Positions 61,735 through 64,000 of a DNA stretch of 64,000 nucleotides are shown here, one piece after another. The stretch's first letter is position 1, and every line of letters starts with the position of its first letter. The stretch comes from Candidatus Bathyarchaeota archaeon (GTDB lineage: Archaea > Thermoproteota > Bathyarchaeia > Bathyarchaeales > Bathycorpusculaceae). The stretch spans positions 224,001 through 288,000 of the forward strand of contig CAWEPZ010000011.1 in the NCBI GenBank assembly GCA_963811105.1, read 5' to 3'. Both the position numbers and the translations under genes were made by a program. Under the pieces are notes generated by a model that saw only the letters and a program-made list of their open reading frames with translations, was not told where the DNA came from and did no database searches.

Positions 61735-62082
61735 TTAGCATGGTTTGCATATTGCTTTCTTGTCCACCATTTCTACCATTTTCACAAGTCTTTTCTCGTC
61801 AATACTTTCTAAAGTAGGGATCTTTATGTGTCTCATTGTTTTGCCGCTTCCTTCAAACATACTTATCTCATCTTTGCTCAATCCAGTTACTGCAAAACCG
61901 ACATGAACACAACTCTTCAATGCTGAAAAATAGAATTTACCTGACGCAAACGTTACGACTCCCCAAGCCATTTTTTCTTCACAGTTTGGAAGCGTTTCCT
62001 GGAAGATTTTTCTTACTCGTTGCAGAATTTCTTTCTGAGGGGATTTTTGTTTTTCTACATAGGCATCCGCTTTTCTGTCCAT
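61735..62082 (-). CDS. DUF1801 (YdhG-like) protein
   Basis: DAYVEK..SPQKEI, E.MAWG, EGSGKTMRHIKI. Confidence 0.85.
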   Translation of the reverse strand: MDRKADAYVEKQKSPQKEILQRVRKIFQETLPNCEEKMAWGVVTFASGKFYFSALKSCVHVGFAVTGLSKDEISMFEGSGKTMRHIKIPTLESIDEKRLVKMVEMVDKKAICKPC

Positions 62083-62301
62083 TAAATTTCACTCCATAGA
62101 CTTGGTGATCTAACATAAGCAAACCTTTTTCTAATTAACACAAGATGTCTCCATCAATGCGTCGTTCAATACAGTTTCCTGCTTGGTTTGCCGGAGGGTG
62201 GAAGTCAAACCCAACTTAAGACGTTGCATAGTTAGTTCTATTATTGTATGTTACCTTTTCTAAAATAAAGAAGATATAGTAGTTTCAATCTAAAGTCTTC
62301 T

Positions 62302-63129
62302 ATGCAACTACTCTTCAAAGAAGCCATCCAAACCTGTTTTAACCCGTCAGAAGACGGATTAAGGAAGCTAATAGCATGGGTTGAAAACTCAAATTCAGTA
62401 AGAAACCCATCAAACCCAAACTTGGAAGCTTACCCAAACCAATGCGACAAAACTGAAGAATTAATCACATTTTACACTTTTGCACCTTTAGTGCTAAGCT
62501 TAAACAAGGTAGGTTTAGTCAACAGAATCCTGTCATTAGCCAAAGTAAGTGCATACGAAGAAAATGTCGTTGATGTTGCATTGGAAAGGCAATACAACCC
62601 ACCGAAAGGATACCTAAAATGGATAAAAGAAGACGCGAAAAACCATCCTATAAAATACATCAGGGAACAAGCGAATGAACATAAGCCAAATCAACGATTG
62701 GAGCCAAATACACAAATTGACGCTTTCATAGAAACTGACAAGTTGCTAATTTTCTTTGAAATCAAGTTCACCTCAGACATCGCTTGCGACACTGCCTTTA
62801 ACCCTTGCAGAAATCAGTTGGCAAGAATCATAGATGTCGGATTAGAAGTCAATGAACACAATGGCAAAGAAGTGCTTGTTATTCTATCGTCTCCACGTAG
62901 ATTTTTCGAGAAGAAATGCAGACTCTACTACTACAAGGTCAATGAATACATTGACCCAAAGAAGATAAAGGAAGACATAGAATGGAGAAGTTTTTCAACT
63001 ATTAGAGATAATGTCGTAGCGGTAAGGTGGATTGCTCTGGAAGACCTCATAAACGCACTCTACAAAAACTTTGAACATAAGGACAAAAAAGAAGCGTTAG
63101 TATTCTTCAAAGAGAGAAACTTAATTTGA
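62302..63129 (+). CDS. PD-(D/E)xK nuclease-like protein
   Basis: TQIDAFI...FFEIKF.SD....RNQLAR.ID. Confidence 0.65.
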   Translation: MQLLFKEAIQTCFNPSEDGLRKLIAWVENSNSVRNPSNPNLEAYPNQCDKTEELITFYTFAPLVLSLNKVGLVNRILSLAKVSAYEENVVDVALERQYNPPKGYLKWIKEDAKNHPIKYIREQANEHKPNQRLEPNTQIDAFIETDKLLIFFEIKFTSDIACDTAFNPCRNQLARIIDVGLEVNEHNGKEVLVILSSPRRFFEKKCRLYYYKVNEYIDPKKIKEDIEWRSFSTIRDNVVAVRWIALEDLINALYKNFEHKDKKEALVFFKERNLI

Positions 63130-63160
63130 AAAAAAGGAAATGATGAAGATTTCTGCAATT

Positions 63161-63181
63161 TATATGGGTTCAATTCCGATC
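63161..63181 (+). repeat. Partial duplicate of tRNA-Cys T-arm (attR-like)
   Basis: 20/21 identity to 59458-59478. Confidence 0.7.
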
Positions 63182-63231
63182 TAACTGTCAATTAGCGTAA
63201 AGGCTCGACCTAAATCCAAAGCTATTTGCAT

Positions 63232-63354
63232 TAAATCTTAATCTTTTTCCCCACATCTCACTAACTACTACTATCTACTTCGCTTACTACTACTCTCTCT
63301 CCTTTAGCACACACATGTCAAACAGACAAACACACAAACAAACAGACAGACAAA
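63232..63354. repeat. G-poor low-complexity tract (CTA, CT, CA, ACAA/ACAG units)
   Basis: Directly visible; related to the reverse complement of 330-446. Confidence 0.75.
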
Positions 63355-63414
63355 AATGAATAGAACAAGTCTTAAATCTGCAAGCACACAGAAAATAGGC
63401 AGGGTTATACGAAA

Positions 63415-64000
63415 ATGCCTTGGTTGATTGCAGATGGTATAAAGTACATTCCCTGGGTTGCAACTGATGAAGCAACATTTGAAGACTACTTTAAACAATA
63501 TTTTGAGAAGATCTTTGGAGAAAAATCAGTTTTATTTGAGAGGAAGAAACTGACATCGTTAGCTGGAGTATCTTCTATCCCTGATGGGTTTGTTGTGAGT
63601 TTTGAAACAAGAAGCTGGTTTATAGTTGAAGTAGAATTAGCTAGACACGACCCTAAAATCTATATTACTACTCAAATCAACGACTTTATGGCCTATATTC
63701 GTAACAAGAACAATAGGAATCTACTCATTGATGATTTCAATAAATTAATAAAAGATGACAAAATACTTTTAGCAAAAGTTAGAAATTGGCTGGGAGAAAC
63801 TGAGAATCACGAATTCTTATCAAAGGTTGTTCTTCGGGACCCAAAAATTGTCATAGTCATTGATGTTAAAACTGATCGACTAAATGAAGCCACGTGTATG
63901 TTTAAGCCATTGATTGTTGAGTTCAAGATTTTTGAGCGAGAAGGTATCGGGATTAAGGTTCATGCTGTTGAATTTGAGCCCTTGTTGGAACAAATTTCCG
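63415..64000 (+). CDS. PD-(D/E)xK-like nuclease-domain protein (partial, not in ORF track)
   Basis: Open from ATG 63415 to the window end: MPWLIADG...SIPDGFVV...WFIVEVELARHD. Confidence 0.7.
   Translation, partial: MPWLIADGIKYIPWVATDEATFEDYFKQYFEKIFGEKSVLFERKKLTSLAGVSSIPDGFVVSFETRSWFIVEVELARHDPKIYITTQINDFMAYIRNKNNRNLLIDDFNKLIKDDKILLAKVRNWLGETENHEFLSKVVLRDPKIVIVIDVKTDRLNEATCMFKPLIVEFKIFEREGIGIKVHAVEFEPLLEQIS

Larger units (their letters stand above)
59458..63181. mobile_element. Decayed integrated element at tRNA-Cys, bounded by a direct repeat
   Basis: TATATGGGTTCAATTCC at 59458-59474 and 63161-63177; low coding density and gene fragments between. Confidence 0.6.

Noticed and set aside
63290-63498. 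Cys-rich minus-strand ORFs
   Set aside because: Artefacts of the CA/ACAA low-complexity tract and antisense to the 63415 ORF.

Overview
Archaeal chromosomal window. Gene content and style (EF-2 paralog, twin PurP, TTG/GTG starts, lineage-typical hypotheticals) suggest Bathyarchaeia; this assignment is inference. The core holds a stand-alone 23S rRNA gene, three tRNAs (Thr-UGU with a non-canonical elbow, Ile2-CAU, Cys-GCA), radA, rqcH, an AOR with its ferredoxin subunit, an EF-2 paralog lacking the diphthamide motif, purE-purC-purP-purP, a hydrogenase block (hoxEFUYH, then hdrCB-mvhGA and a maturation protease) and an aryl-acid/aromatic amino acid cluster (ACD-GNAT, ACT, livGF, paaK, iorAB, livKHM, paaI). 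The IorA carries an inserted 4x[4Fe-4S] domain. Both ends are decayed mobile DNA. On the left, a terminase relic sits between two outward-facing ISH6-like transposase tails. On the right, a ~3.7 kb relic starts at tRNA-Cys, ends at a duplicated tRNA T-arm (att-like) and is followed by a nuclease-like gene. A related low-complexity element lies near both ends. All calls come from reading the sequence and recalling family motifs; no searches were run.
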